In this document: positions 48,010 to 58,574 of the stretch, in pieces
Layout: each line of letters begins with the position of its first letter
How positions within the stretch are numbered: the first letter of the stretch is position 1
Assembly: GCA_013166835.1 (NCBI GenBank)
Contig: JABLTI010000001.1
Location: 1-64,000 of the forward strand
Reading direction: 5' to 3'
Source of the DNA: Promethearchaeati archaeon
GTDB taxonomy: Archaea; Asgardarchaeota; Heimdallarchaeia; JABLTI01
Length of the DNA stretch: 64,000 nucleotides
Notes under the pieces: generated by a model
Told to the model about the DNA's origin: nothing
What the model saw: the letters and a program-made list of their open reading frames with translations, nothing else
Databases searched by the model: none
Translations under genes and position numbers: made by a program

Positions 48010-48333
48010 ATGACCGAAGAATCCGACTATTTCCATTTGTACATGAATACTGTTTCAGGTACACCCGAGCCGATCATACGTGGTGTCCTCTTGTTCTTCA
48101 AGAGCATTTTTTCAAACGAAGAATTATCCAGTATGGAGCGAGATATTTCACATCAAGATGCCTACAGTTTAGTTAGCACACAAAAGATCCTTAGCTCTCA
48201 ATACGGTGTTGGTGATGAGACCATACGACAAATTTTGCAATTAATGAATAAAAAGTTCAAAGAAGCTATTGAAAAGAAAGAGATTACCTCTCGCAAACTT
48301 GACTTTATTCGAAACGTCAAGAAGAAACATTAG
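48010..48333 (+). CDS. hypothetical protein
   Basis: 107-aa ORF with a GGTGA RBS; no motif recognised. Confidence 0.65.
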   Translation: MTEESDYFHLYMNTVSGTPEPIIRGVLLFFKSIFSNEELSSMERDISHQDAYSLVSTQKILSSQYGVGDETIRQILQLMNKKFKEAIEKKEITSRKLDFIRNVKKKH

Positions 48334-48347
48334 ATTCTATTTATTTA

Positions 48348-48381
48348 TGAAAGAGAAGGGAAAAAAATCCCCCTCCTTTCA
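48348..48381. terminator. hairpin between convergent genes
   Basis: TGAAAGAGAAGGGA...TCCCCCTCCTTTCA imperfect inverted repeat. Confidence 0.45.
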
Positions 48382-48425
48382 CGCATAGTATTTGACCAAG
48401 AACGGTTCATTAATTGATTTTTCTT

Positions 48426-49517
48426 TTATTTTTCATTACTTTCAGGAAAGAGGTTGTTCTCTTTCAGTTTATTTCTTAGATTAAATTCTGACCAAAATGT
48501 ATAGGCAAGTGATCTAATAGGTATTGCTTCTTCTGGCTCTTCAGTATTTGAGCTTTCGACGAGGAAGAGTGTCAGCCATCCTGGTACAGATTCAGGATTG
48601 CGGAAATTGTAATCGAATTTTTCTTTTGCGAAATGCTTGGCGATGGACCAGATTATTAACCTCGAAGCGAAATCCAAATCTTGATGTTTGATTAATTTAG
48701 ATAATGCTTTTTTGAGGTCTTTTGATGAAGTGAAACTCGTGATGTACTTCTGGGTCATTGAAACAATTTCTAAATAATCTTTATTTCCGGAGATGATTGG
48801 GTCTTTCTTTAGCCGATTTAAGTTGTTTATCACGTTCAAATAGAAAACTCGTAAATCGTTTCCTTCTTTTTCAGGTTTTTTTACAAGAAGATTCCAAGCA
48901 ATCAAGTCGTTTTCTGCTTTTGCTATTTCGAAGAGCTTGATCATTCTTTGATAATCAAATCGTTTATTGATCTCTTCAAGTAGCTCTTTAGTGAATTTTC
49001 TGCCATTCTTTCTACAAAACGATTTAAAGATAGCAAGAATAAATCCTCTTCTTTTTCTGGGAGTGAGTTTAAGTTCTCCTCGTTCTTTCACGTATTTCTC
49101 CACTTTAGGGATAATCCTATAGCAGAAATCTTCTACTTCTCGAATTAATTCCACCGGGAAGAAGTCTCTTAGGAGATCAAAATCCTCTCGTATAGCTGTT
49201 GCTGTCTTATCATTCTTGCGAATGTATTCTAGCATACTAAAATAGCTTCTATCTTTATGCTCTTTCTTGAGAATTTTTTTGAGATTCTCTTTTGAAACAT
49301 ATGACCCTAGTTGTATTTTACTTCTATAGGGTTTCACGCTTCTATCTGCTCGATTGAAGCTTACCAATTCAGCAGTTCTTTCCTTTTCAATATTTCCTTT
49401 CTTTTCTTTTCCACTCTCTTCGTAATTTGCCACATCAATCTTTGAAAAATCAATCCCAACAGGTAGTCTGGTGCTGCTGAAGTTTTCGTTGGAATAATTG
49501 ATTGTGTTTTTGGACAT
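48426..49517 (-). CDS. hypothetical basic protein, possibly a divergent TFB/cyclin-fold protein
   Basis: GAGG RBS; two helical repeats loosely resembling TFB cyclin repeats; no zinc ribbon. Confidence 0.5.
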   Translation of the reverse strand: MSKNTINYSNENFSSTRLPVGIDFSKIDVANYEESGKEKKGNIEKERTAELVSFNRADRSVKPYRSKIQLGSYVSKENLKKILKKEHKDRSYFSMLEYIRKNDKTATAIREDFDLLRDFFPVELIREVEDFCYRIIPKVEKYVKERGELKLTPRKRRGFILAIFKSFCRKNGRKFTKELLEEINKRFDYQRMIKLFEIAKAENDLIAWNLLVKKPEKEGNDLRVFYLNVINNLNRLKKDPIISGNKDYLEIVSMTQKYITSFTSSKDLKKALSKLIKHQDLDFASRLIIWSIAKHFAKEKFDYNFRNPESVPGWLTLFLVESSNTEEPEEAIPIRSLAYTFWSEFNLRNKLKENNLFPESNEK

Positions 49518-50007
49518 TTTTTTGATCCTCGTTGTTCTTTTCTAAGTTATAACTCTCGAAGATTAATCATAAGACTTCTCGAAGAAATTTTTTTCTTCCT
49601 TGTTTTCGCACCACGTTTTCTTTATGTCTTTCTTTTCCGAAAAGGTCTTTTTTGTCGGGTTATTTTTCCCAATACGGTCGTATTCTCTATTTTAATTTTG
49701 AAAGGAGTCTTTTCCAAGGTATTTTTTTCCCTATAAATTTATAGTGTGAAAGAAACTTTGCAAATTTATAAAAAAAATAATGCATTAATTTTAGCAAGAT
49801 AATTCAATAATAAAAAAGAGTGATTTTCTCTAGGGAATAGTGGTTTTCTCAAGTATTCACTATCATTTTTTCTTTAAAAATCCCTCAAAAATTGTTTCTA
49901 GAGCATTTTCGGTTTCAATATGAAGAGGAGTACTTAATAATTCCAAGTAAAAATACACATTAAAGAACAAGTTTAGGTATATTATCATCCCCGGAGTCAA
50001 CAAGCCC

Positions 50008-50925
50008 ATGAGAAGAGAAAACATTCCTCTGAGAAATTTCCGGTTATCGGTGTTTCCCTTAATAATTGTAATAGAGTTTGCACTATCAATCTTGTTTCTT
50101 GTTATGCCGTATTTTGATTCTGAATTTGGAGCCTTATCTTATGGTTACTCTATCTTTTTCGGTTGGTTGTTGGCTGTCACTTCATTACTTGTTGTTATCG
50201 GGGCTCTTTTGCTTTTCCTCTCAACTTTCAATCTTACAAACTCACCTGCTAAAGAGTTCTTTCACTCAGAGAAAAAGATGCAACTAATTGGTTTCTCTAC
50301 AATTTTTGTTATCTTTCTACAAATTGTCTCTTTAGCTATAACTCAAATATATTACGCTCTTTTCTACCCGGATCTTACTTCCATTTATCTCCTTATTCTA
50401 GCATTAAGCTTGTTTCTCCCTGTTCTCCTCTACTTTATAGCTAATTTCGAAATCAAATCAGAAACAACCTATGCTCTTTCCAAAGAAACCCCCACAAGAA
50501 TAAAACTAACAGCACTCTGGTTGATTTTCCTAATTGGTGTTATGCAAATTTTCGCAACTGAATGGGCTATTCTAGTAGTTGGTTTAATTATTTTGGTTGG
50601 CACTTATTTCTTCTTTTTCCTCAATCGTTTTGCAGTCTCACTTATGCCAATAATTTTGTTGATTCATTTTGCTTTCAGTGTATTAATGGCTGTCTTATCT
50701 TTCGTCAATCTGAGTAATCTTATTGAGACAATAGAATCTCTTGGGTACAATTTTGGAACTACACAAGCGATAATCATGTCCGTTGTAGTTTTAATTATCC
50801 CTGGAATAATTTCCTTAATTCTAGGCCAATCATTCTTTAGGAGATGGCTTCTTGAATGGGTTAGGAGTGTGCACCCCGAACCTGAAATGGAAATACAATT
50901 AGAATACGTCGGAGATGAAGATTAG
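50008..50925 (+). CDS. hypothetical polytopic membrane protein
   Basis: About 8 hydrophobic segments; GGAG RBS. Confidence 0.7.
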   Translation: MRRENIPLRNFRLSVFPLIIVIEFALSILFLVMPYFDSEFGALSYGYSIFFGWLLAVTSLLVVIGALLLFLSTFNLTNSPAKEFFHSEKKMQLIGFSTIFVIFLQIVSLAITQIYYALFYPDLTSIYLLILALSLFLPVLLYFIANFEIKSETTYALSKETPTRIKLTALWLIFLIGVMQIFATEWAILVVGLIILVGTYFFFFLNRFAVSLMPIILLIHFAFSVLMAVLSFVNLSNLIETIESLGYNFGTTQAIIMSVVVLIIPGIISLILGQSFFRRWLLEWVRSVHPEPEMEIQLEYVGDED

Positions 50926-51621
50926 TCACTCTTCTTCTACTTTCAATTCTTCCTCTGTTTCCTCTTGTTTTGCTTTTCTCTTTTGTTTTAATTTGTATAA
51001 TTGGATTCTCTTCAGCGTAAATGTAGCCATTGTCATTGTTGTCATTACCAGAAACATCAGTGTCATTATGAAACCTGGAACATTGCCACTAATAGGTCCA
51101 ATGAACCCGTAGAAATCAGAACCATTCATTATCCCGTGTACAACACCAAATATTAGTGCAATATAGTTGAGCGCATGCATCCACCGCCAGCCTTTTTTGA
51201 AGCCTTTTCTAATTAGTGCTCCAATTACTGCTATATAGATGATAATTAATGCGGGTCTTCCTGCTAGCAACCAAAAATCAAATGCTGATGTAAATACTGG
51301 AAGAAACACCCTTGCTCCTTCTCTTGCAGTAGTAGCAATTGCTCTTTCAATTGCAAAAAGCACAGGATGAAGAGTTATCATAGTTAACCCAAAGATCGTT
51401 AAGTAATGATGGATTTTTAGGAAAGGAACTTTGAAGATCTTGTACAATTCCTTCTGGAAAGGGGTGATCATTGAAGCAACAAACATAGAAGTCAGACCTA
51501 GTAGTGCGAATAACCGAATTAGTATTCCCAAACCTCCTATTGAGTTCAATAGGAAAAGAATAATTATGGCAGTAAAAAGACTACCAATGCTTGCTAAAAA
51601 CACATATCCTTCTTTTTTCAT
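50926..51621 (-). CDS. ferric reductase-like transmembrane heme b protein (MsrQ-like)
   Basis: TM histidines IHH/LHP and WRWMHALNY...VHG. Confidence 0.7.
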   Translation of the reverse strand: MKKEGYVFLASIGSLFTAIIILFLLNSIGGLGILIRLFALLGLTSMFVASMITPFQKELYKIFKVPFLKIHHYLTIFGLTMITLHPVLFAIERAIATTAREGARVFLPVFTSAFDFWLLAGRPALIIIYIAVIGALIRKGFKKGWRWMHALNYIALIFGVVHGIMNGSDFYGFIGPISGNVPGFIMTLMFLVMTTMTMATFTLKRIQLYKLKQKRKAKQEETEEELKVEEE

Positions 51622-51707
51622 ATTGGAATAGTACCCCCAGTTTTTATTAAATTTTTTAGCAAAAAACTAAAAACCCATCATTCTAGTGTAGTTTTGATGT
51701 GATAAAA

Positions 51708-52607
51708 ATGACTGATTATCTAATTGTATTGAATAAGGATGAAGATACTGTTTCTTTTGTGGATGAACCTAAAAGAAAAATTGTTAAAACTGTCAAAGTA
51801 GGACGAAGCCCACATGAAGTGTCTGTAACTCCAGATGGGCTCAAAGCGTACATTAGTTGTGCCGGAGCAAACACTGTTGAAGTTTTTGATATGAAAACTC
51901 TTGAGAAAGTAACAATAATAGAACACAAAGAATTCCGCTTTCCTCATGAAAGCAAGATCCTTCCAGATGGATCCAAAGTTATTCTTGCGAGCACGTACGC
52001 AAATAAAGTCTTCATCATTGACACAAAAACTGATGAAGTCGTCAAAATTATTGACGCTAAGAGAATGAGTCATATGGTAGCCTTAGCTCCTGATGGTTTA
52101 AAGGCTTATATCAGCAATATTGGTTTTAATTCTGTATCTGTATTGGATACCAAAACATTCGAATGGATTACCCACATTCCAGTGGGTCGAAGTCCAGAAG
52201 GTATTGATGTTAGTCCAGATGGAAAATGGTTGTATTGTGCTAATCAAGACGATGATATCGTTTATGCTATTGACACTAGCAACAATTCTTTGCAAGCAAT
52301 TATTCATCTCGATAAAGTCCCAATTCGCGTAACTTTTAGCCCTGATGGCAAATATGCTTTTGTTCCCAATCGTGAAGGTGGAACTCTCTCTGTTGTTCTA
52401 GTGGAAACTCATCGTGAAATTAAACGCATTCCAGTTGGGTTGTGGGCTGGAGGAACTGTTTTTAATGCAGATGGCTCTCTTAGCTACGTTGCCAACAACA
52501 AAACGAATGATATCTCAGTTATTGATGTAAAAACATTGAAAGTAATTGATACAATAGATGTTGGTCTTCATCCTGACGGTATGGCTTTTTGTAGAGTCAA
52601 GGATTAA
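51708..52607 (+). CDS. YVTN/YncE seven-bladed beta-propeller
   Basis: Repeated P-x-x-V-x-x-SPDG-x-x-Y blades; His-rich (PHE, SHM). Confidence 0.88.
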   Translation: MTDYLIVLNKDEDTVSFVDEPKRKIVKTVKVGRSPHEVSVTPDGLKAYISCAGANTVEVFDMKTLEKVTIIEHKEFRFPHESKILPDGSKVILASTYANKVFIIDTKTDEVVKIIDAKRMSHMVALAPDGLKAYISNIGFNSVSVLDTKTFEWITHIPVGRSPEGIDVSPDGKWLYCANQDDDIVYAIDTSNNSLQAIIHLDKVPIRVTFSPDGKYAFVPNREGGTLSVVLVETHREIKRIPVGLWAGGTVFNADGSLSYVANNKTNDISVIDVKTLKVIDTIDVGLHPDGMAFCRVKD

Positions 52608-52635
52608 AGGAAAAACCAATTTAGGTGTTACTGAA

Positions 52636-53517
52636 ATGGATGACAGAATAGTAGTAAGTCGTGATGATTGCTCCGGGTGTGAGACGTGCATTGATCTTTG
52701 TCCTCGTGATTGTTTTCATCTTGATCCTAAGAACATAGCTGTTTATACTTCCACTCGTTGTCGAGATTGTTATCATTGTATCGCTTCTTGCCCAGAAGCT
52801 GCTATTAGTCATAGAGATTTGCCTGTGGAAGACTTTCAACTCATTGCTGACAGCCTTAATCCGGATTACAAAGATGGTGATCAAACCCACTCATTTTTGA
52901 AATCCATTCGTAGTACAAGAAATTTCTTGGAAAAACCGATTGAGCTAGAAATTATGGAGAAACTGATTGATGTCACGAGATATTCTCCAACTGGTCATCA
53001 TTCTCAGAATGTTGAGTTAACTTTAGTCTCTGAACCAAAAACAATTCAACAATTGAAAGATGTCAGTGCTGAGACAATTGTTTCTTTTCTTAAGAAAATC
53101 GACAATCCATTTTACCGTTTCCTTGCTCATCTTGTTGGTAAAGGCAAAACAATTCGGAAAGCTCAGAAAACAAGGCATCGATTTGTTCGAATGCTTGAAG
53201 GATTTCAAGAAGGGACAGATTACCTTTTCCACGGAGCTCCTGCAGTTGTAGTTTTCCATTCGAATAAAGACGGCACTACACCTGGGGATAATTGTAATAT
53301 TGCTGCAACTTATCTCAGTATCCTTGCAAACAACTATGGTCTTGGTACTTGTTTTATTGGTTACTTAACTTATTACGCCAAGTACAACCCAGATATACGT
53401 GACATATTAAAAATTCCAAAAGACAATCAAATCTATCAAGTTTTAATTGTTGGGTATCCAAAGCATGAGTTTCGTACTTTTGTCTCCAGAGACCAGCCAA
53501 AAATTAATTTGGTATAA
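52636..53517 (+). CDS. nitroreductase with N-terminal 2x[4Fe-4S] ferredoxin
   Basis: CSGCETCIDLCP, CRDCYHCIASCP, IRSTRNF, SPTGHHSQ, GLGTCFIG. Start placed at ATG 52636. Confidence 0.9.
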   Translation: MDDRIVVSRDDCSGCETCIDLCPRDCFHLDPKNIAVYTSTRCRDCYHCIASCPEAAISHRDLPVEDFQLIADSLNPDYKDGDQTHSFLKSIRSTRNFLEKPIELEIMEKLIDVTRYSPTGHHSQNVELTLVSEPKTIQQLKDVSAETIVSFLKKIDNPFYRFLAHLVGKGKTIRKAQKTRHRFVRMLEGFQEGTDYLFHGAPAVVVFHSNKDGTTPGDNCNIAATYLSILANNYGLGTCFIGYLTYYAKYNPDIRDILKIPKDNQIYQVLIVGYPKHEFRTFVSRDQPKINLV

Positions 53518-53538
53518 AAGGAATTGATCGTGAGTAAA

Positions 53539-54117
53539 ATGACAGACCTAAAGAAATTCCTAGATGAAAACAAAGAGAAAATCCATGATATATTAAATCA
53601 CATGTGGCATACTATCGAGCGAATTGCTATTCGATTAGAAGGCAAAATACCTGATATTGACTTAGATAATTCCCATGGAAACTTCATTGAATTAGCTGAT
53701 GGGTGGATAGAGTCGTATTATGCTAATCCCAGCATTGTCTTTCCCTTTGGTGAAATTGGTTATTCATTAGATGGTTTATTCTGTGTATTTTCAATTGATA
53801 CTAAGAAAATAAATGAGGATCTTATAGTCAAAGTAACAAAACTTTCTCGAGATAATGAGTTAATTACTTGTCAGATTTATGGTTTAGACGATTGCTTCAC
53901 GACTTTGTATCATTCAAAAGATTCGGAGGATTTTGATGAGTTACTGAAATCCATCAAGAAATTGAAAGAAGATATCTTGCAACTCGAAATTTGTATTGAA
54001 GCTTTCCCTGAAGAAAATGATATGGAATCTTTCATTGAATCTTTACTGATATTTTATCAATATCTAGAAGAAAACAAAATCCTGGTAAAATTGCCAATGT
54101 ATGAAGCTGAGAAGTAA
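53539..54117 (+). CDS. conserved archaeal protein (DUF3201-like)
   Basis: IHDILNHMW...DGW...Y.NP...GEIG...FCVF pattern recalled from Thermococcales DUF3201 proteins. Confidence 0.55.
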   Translation: MTDLKKFLDENKEKIHDILNHMWHTIERIAIRLEGKIPDIDLDNSHGNFIELADGWIESYYANPSIVFPFGEIGYSLDGLFCVFSIDTKKINEDLIVKVTKLSRDNELITCQIYGLDDCFTTLYHSKDSEDFDELLKSIKKLKEDILQLEICIEAFPEENDMESFIESLLIFYQYLEENKILVKLPMYEAEK

Positions 54118-54130
54118 GAAAAATTATAGT

Positions 54131-55066
54131 TTAGAAATTTCTTTCTTCTATACCTTTTTCTATTATTTCATTTGAACGTTTCTTTTGTTCAATAATGGCA
54201 TCACGAAACACTGCTTTGTCTATTGAGAAAAATTCTAGGTGCATATAGTTTAGTGTCAATGAAATATCAAAAATTGGATAACAAAATGCTTTAACAAATA
54301 CAAATCCAAATGTTACCCAGAGACCATAAATTTGTGAAAAATAGAAGCTTAATCCCCAAGGAAGAAGAACTCCTAGTGTTAAGAATATAATAAAGGAAGA
54401 AGTAACACGATAATAATTTTTTCGAGAGGCGTATTGCCAAGAAGTTTGTATTGCAGCTCCCACATGTAAATTGTCTCTACTCATTCCTGCGATGAACATT
54501 GATGTTTTGCTATAAAATATAAGTGGAAAAATAAGAGCTCCTATAATGAACATCCAAGAGAAAATATATGCATACATGAAACTACTTCCTTGCAGTATTA
54601 CTCCAAGAATGATCATTAAAGCTGGAAATGCTATCAAACCTGCGATAAACAACAAGAAAACAAATAGTTCTTTGGACTTTCTAAAGGATCTATCTAAACC
54701 CCAAAATAAATTTGCTTTTCCATTTTCTATCGTTTTCCAGCCTAAATTTGAAATTATAGAGCTTCTATAAACGAATATAATAATTGTTGGGATAATCATA
54801 ACAGAGAAGAGTGTTTGAAAGTTCTCTCTTGTTCCTAAATCCCCTCTGAACGAAAAAGAAACATTGAAAGCTGGTCCCCAAATAGCTGTTGTCGAAGGAG
54901 ATACTGAAAAAAATACAAGACGTGAAACGCCGAAAAATATGAGCTCAGGGATGAGTGCAATTAAAAAGAATTTGAGAAATTGTTTGCCATACACTTGAAA
55001 GGGTTTGTATAGCAATTCTACAAATTTAGCATTTTTGTATTTTATCCAACTCTTAGATTCTTCCAT
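54131..55066 (-). CDS. hypothetical membrane protein
   Basis: About 6 TM segments and an AIQTSW-type motif. Confidence 0.65.
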   Translation of the reverse strand: MEESKSWIKYKNAKFVELLYKPFQVYGKQFLKFFLIALIPELIFFGVSRLVFFSVSPSTTAIWGPAFNVSFSFRGDLGTRENFQTLFSVMIIPTIIIFVYRSSIISNLGWKTIENGKANLFWGLDRSFRKSKELFVFLLFIAGLIAFPALMIILGVILQGSSFMYAYIFSWMFIIGALIFPLIFYSKTSMFIAGMSRDNLHVGAAIQTSWQYASRKNYYRVTSSFIIFLTLGVLLPWGLSFYFSQIYGLWVTFGFVFVKAFCYPIFDISLTLNYMHLEFFSIDKAVFRDAIIEQKKRSNEIIEKGIEERNF

Positions 55067-55161
55067 TTTAACTACACACTATTTACAGCTGCTCTTTCTA
55101 AGTTGACAATTAATGCCTATAAAAAGAATACAATGAATCTTGTAAAATGTACATTCGTCTT

Positions 55162-56730
55162 TTACACGAAATAATTCATTACCATATACAGCGGTAGGGG
55201 AGTACAAAGTATCCCAACAACGAATCCGAGACCAAGGTAGATGTATTTCGACCAATGAACTCTGGAAACATCATCAGTTGATCCGGGATGACCGCCAAAA
55301 CTCATTACGAGCAAGAGTATACCCATGTATCTGGTGAATGGATTCAAAGTAAGCAATAAAGCCACAACCAGTGATATTATTCGGTGTGGGACATCACCAA
55401 AGACTGCTCTAAATGTATGACCACCATCAAGTTGCGAGGCTGGCATGAGATTAATTCCCGTAAGTATGAAACCAATATATCCGGCGAACATCATCGGATG
55501 CATAGCTATTGTTTGCATTGTTGGGTCGTAATACGGCAGAAGGCCTGACCATTGCCCAAACGTTATGAGAAAGTCTGCTAGGAATACAGTAGGAACTTGC
55601 GTAATGTCTACTGGTGCTAATGATTCTGGGATCGGAACGACATATGTTAATTTCAAACCAATTATGAATACTGGAATGGCCACTATAAAACCTGCAAATG
55701 GGCCTGCTATACCTATGTCGAAGAGATCATCTCGAGTGGCAAAAGGCTCTTTTTGCCTAATCATTGCTCCAAAAGTCCCTAAAGTCTGAAACCCAGGGAT
55801 GGGAGGTACCGGGATGAAGTACGGAAGTGATGTACTTAATTTCTTTAGTCTTGAAATTGAATAATGTCCAAATTCATGAATTGTTAATATTGCAATCAAT
55901 GAAAACGTGAATAGGAAAGCATCTAATGCTATATTCCCTTGGAACAAATATTCTGTATATGTAGTGTTAGCAAAACTCCAGCCTGCAATTGAGACAGTTA
56001 CAATAGTCGCTATGAATAATCCAATGTTCAAACCGATCTTTCTTAATGTGAATTGTTCTTTTGTTGATTCTGGTTTCCAAAAAAAGAATCTTACAGTTAT
56101 TTGTTTGACATCTGGACTAACTTTTTCGTTTCGAATTATTAATTTCAGATTTTTTTCCTTTAATAATGAGTCATTTCGAAAGCTCTCAAATACTGCGTTG
56201 GTCTCTTCTGGTTTTTCTACGAAGAACAGCGCACCTGTGCTTTCATCAATTTGACTGTTAATAATCTTGACGTACTTCTTTACTGTTTCAGTTAATTCAT
56301 CATAAGTTACTTCTATTGGAATAAATGTTCTGTCTTTTGGAGAAAAAATTGGAGTTGTTAGTGGTATTACTGTTTCTTCTACAATGACTCTGCTTTGATC
56401 TAGGATATCTAACCCTTGTTTTGTTAATGCAGAACCACAAATTCCACATATATGTCCTGATGTGGTTCCATTGCATCTCCAACATTTAACGCCATGAACA
56501 GGTTCTGTTCGACTAATTAATTCTTCACGGAGACTTTCATCTAATGGAACCTTACATATTTCACAGAAATTTTCTTGTCGATAACTTATATCTGATCCAC
56601 AGTGCCAACAAAATTGTACTTTTCTTTCCTTTTCAGCTGCTTCTTCAACCTTCTTCTCTTTCTTAGGTTTTTCTTCTTTCTCTCCTATTTTTGAAGAATA
56701 GAACTCGAAATCATCTTTTTCTGAAGGCAC
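55162..56730 (-). CDS. site-2 protease (M50) with N-terminal zinc ribbons
   Basis: HEFGH, AGP, NLMPASQLDGG; four CxxC pairs. Start placed at GTG 56730 after a GAGG RBS. Confidence 0.9.
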   Translation of the reverse strand: MPSEKDDFEFYSSKIGEKEEKPKKEKKVEEAAEKERKVQFCWHCGSDISYRQENFCEICKVPLDESLREELISRTEPVHGVKCWRCNGTTSGHICGICGSALTKQGLDILDQSRVIVEETVIPLTTPIFSPKDRTFIPIEVTYDELTETVKKYVKIINSQIDESTGALFFVEKPEETNAVFESFRNDSLLKEKNLKLIIRNEKVSPDVKQITVRFFFWKPESTKEQFTLRKIGLNIGLFIATIVTVSIAGWSFANTTYTEYLFQGNIALDAFLFTFSLIAILTIHEFGHYSISRLKKLSTSLPYFIPVPPIPGFQTLGTFGAMIRQKEPFATRDDLFDIGIAGPFAGFIVAIPVFIIGLKLTYVVPIPESLAPVDITQVPTVFLADFLITFGQWSGLLPYYDPTMQTIAMHPMMFAGYIGFILTGINLMPASQLDGGHTFRAVFGDVPHRIISLVVALLLTLNPFTRYMGILLLVMSFGGHPGSTDDVSRVHWSKYIYLGLGFVVGILCTPLPLYMVMNYFV

Positions 56731-56832
56731 AAAAATATCCTCAATATTCAGCTTATACGTATTATCACAACGTTTAGCTAAATAAAGACTATCATTTACT
56801 TGCAAATTATGAATCCGCTCTGTTTTTCGTTA

Positions 56833-58383
56833 TCAAATGAGGAAGAAAATGGTGAGAGGTAAACTACAAATTGCTATTCCTAAGGCTAAAACCTCGAGAA
56901 CGTATTTTGACCAATGAATAGGAATAACTTGATTCGTTGCTGGCGTTTGATACATTGTTCGAGGAATGAACATAATCAGAATGCCAAATGTCCAAGTATT
57001 ATAGTTGAGCATTACTAGTAGTGCGGATAGGAAGGAGAAAATTCTGGAAATCCTTTCACTAAACAGACTTCTAAACATGAATCCTCCGTCTAGTAATGAT
57101 CCCGGTAGAAAATTCAATCCATTCAGAATTATTCCTACAAGTGCTGCATAAGTCAATGGATGAATGAATAGTACCTGTAATTCGGGATCAAATGCTGGGG
57201 ATATACCTGTTGATGCTCCTATCCAATCGAGCAATTGACCAAAGAAAAGATTAGGGCTCAATTCTTGGAAATCACCAATGTTCGTTAGAACTTCAGAGGT
57301 TAAGGTGCTTTTATCGATAATATATGGAAAAGCAATACCGACAAGATACAGAGCAATTGATAAGACAAGACCAAAAATTGGTCCCATGAAATACAAATCA
57401 AATAAATCATTTCTTTTCCTTACAGGATCTACTACTCGAACAATGGATCCGGCAGATCCTAAGAGAAAATAGCTAAGTAACCCTGGAGCAGGAGGTAAAG
57501 GTAGGAAGTATGGGAGTGAGAGTTTTATTTTTTTGACTCTTTGCATTAGTAGATGTCCTACTTCGTGTATGATTAAAATGCCAAGTAGAGTAGCAGTGAA
57601 GATTAAGGAATTCACATGCAGATTATCTGCAATTGTGACAAGTTTGTATATTTCTCTATAAAAGAGCCAACCAGTCAAATAAAGACTAACTAAAGTTAGA
57701 GCAAAGAGAATAATCCTCCAACGGTTCTTTGCAAAAGAGAATCGATCAGTTTCCACTTCTGGAATCCAATAAAAGAATCGCAAAATTACTAGTTTATCAG
57801 AACTTGCAGATGAGATAGATTTCCTAATTATTGTACGTAAATTGTTCTCAACCAGTATTTTGTCTTGTTCGAATTTATCGTAAACATCATTTTTCTCTGG
57901 CACTTCAATTACAATTTCTGGTCCAATATTAGTATTAACAGAATTCACAATTTGGAAATAATTGCCCACTAAATACTCCAAAATTGAAAATTTCATAGAT
58001 ATTCTTTTCATTTGTCTATCTCGTGGCGATAAGACAAAGATGAAATTTTGATCACTATCAATCTCACTCATGATTTGAGGAAGAACTGTTTCAGCAGTAA
58101 TCTTTATGCCATCTTTTGTCAAAGGACTACCACAGATGCCACAAATATCCCCAGAAGTAGTGCCTTTGCATCGCCAGCATTTAATTGATTCTTCAGAGTG
58201 TTCTCGATTCATTATCTCACTTTTACTTTCATTAGTAAGAGGAGCTTTACATGTCTCACACCACTCATCATTTTGGATTTTTGAACCACAATTCCAGCAG
58301 GTGCTTCCAGATTCTTGTGAATTTTCATCTTTTTTAGGAGTATTCGATGGCTCATTGGAATCCAAAACAAACACCAACTGCAA
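56833..58383 (-). CDS. site-2 protease (M50) paralog with N-terminal zinc ribbons
   Basis: HEVGH, MGP, NFLPGSLLDGG; CWNC/CETC/CWRC/CGIC. Exact start uncertain. Confidence 0.88.
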   Translation of the reverse strand: MQLVFVLDSNEPSNTPKKDENSQESGSTCWNCGSKIQNDEWCETCKAPLTNESKSEIMNREHSEESIKCWRCKGTTSGDICGICGSPLTKDGIKITAETVLPQIMSEIDSDQNFIFVLSPRDRQMKRISMKFSILEYLVGNYFQIVNSVNTNIGPEIVIEVPEKNDVYDKFEQDKILVENNLRTIIRKSISSASSDKLVILRFFYWIPEVETDRFSFAKNRWRIILFALTLVSLYLTGWLFYREIYKLVTIADNLHVNSLIFTATLLGILIIHEVGHLLMQRVKKIKLSLPYFLPLPPAPGLLSYFLLGSAGSIVRVVDPVRKRNDLFDLYFMGPIFGLVLSIALYLVGIAFPYIIDKSTLTSEVLTNIGDFQELSPNLFFGQLLDWIGASTGISPAFDPELQVLFIHPLTYAALVGIILNGLNFLPGSLLDGGFMFRSLFSERISRIFSFLSALLVMLNYNTWTFGILIMFIPRTMYQTPATNQVIPIHWSKYVLEVLALGIAICSLPLTIFFLI

Positions 58384-58574
58384 ATTAAAACAATTAACTA
58401 ATGCTAATTCTCAGTGATGATTTTTAAGTTTCTCATCGCACTTCAAAAAAAGGAAACTAAATTATTATATCGAAAAAAAATACTTTTAGAAAAACCTATA
58501 TAATAAAAAAATACGTTCGAAATAGACAATTGATACGTGAAAAGATAGAACGAGATTACAATTGGTGCGAATGA

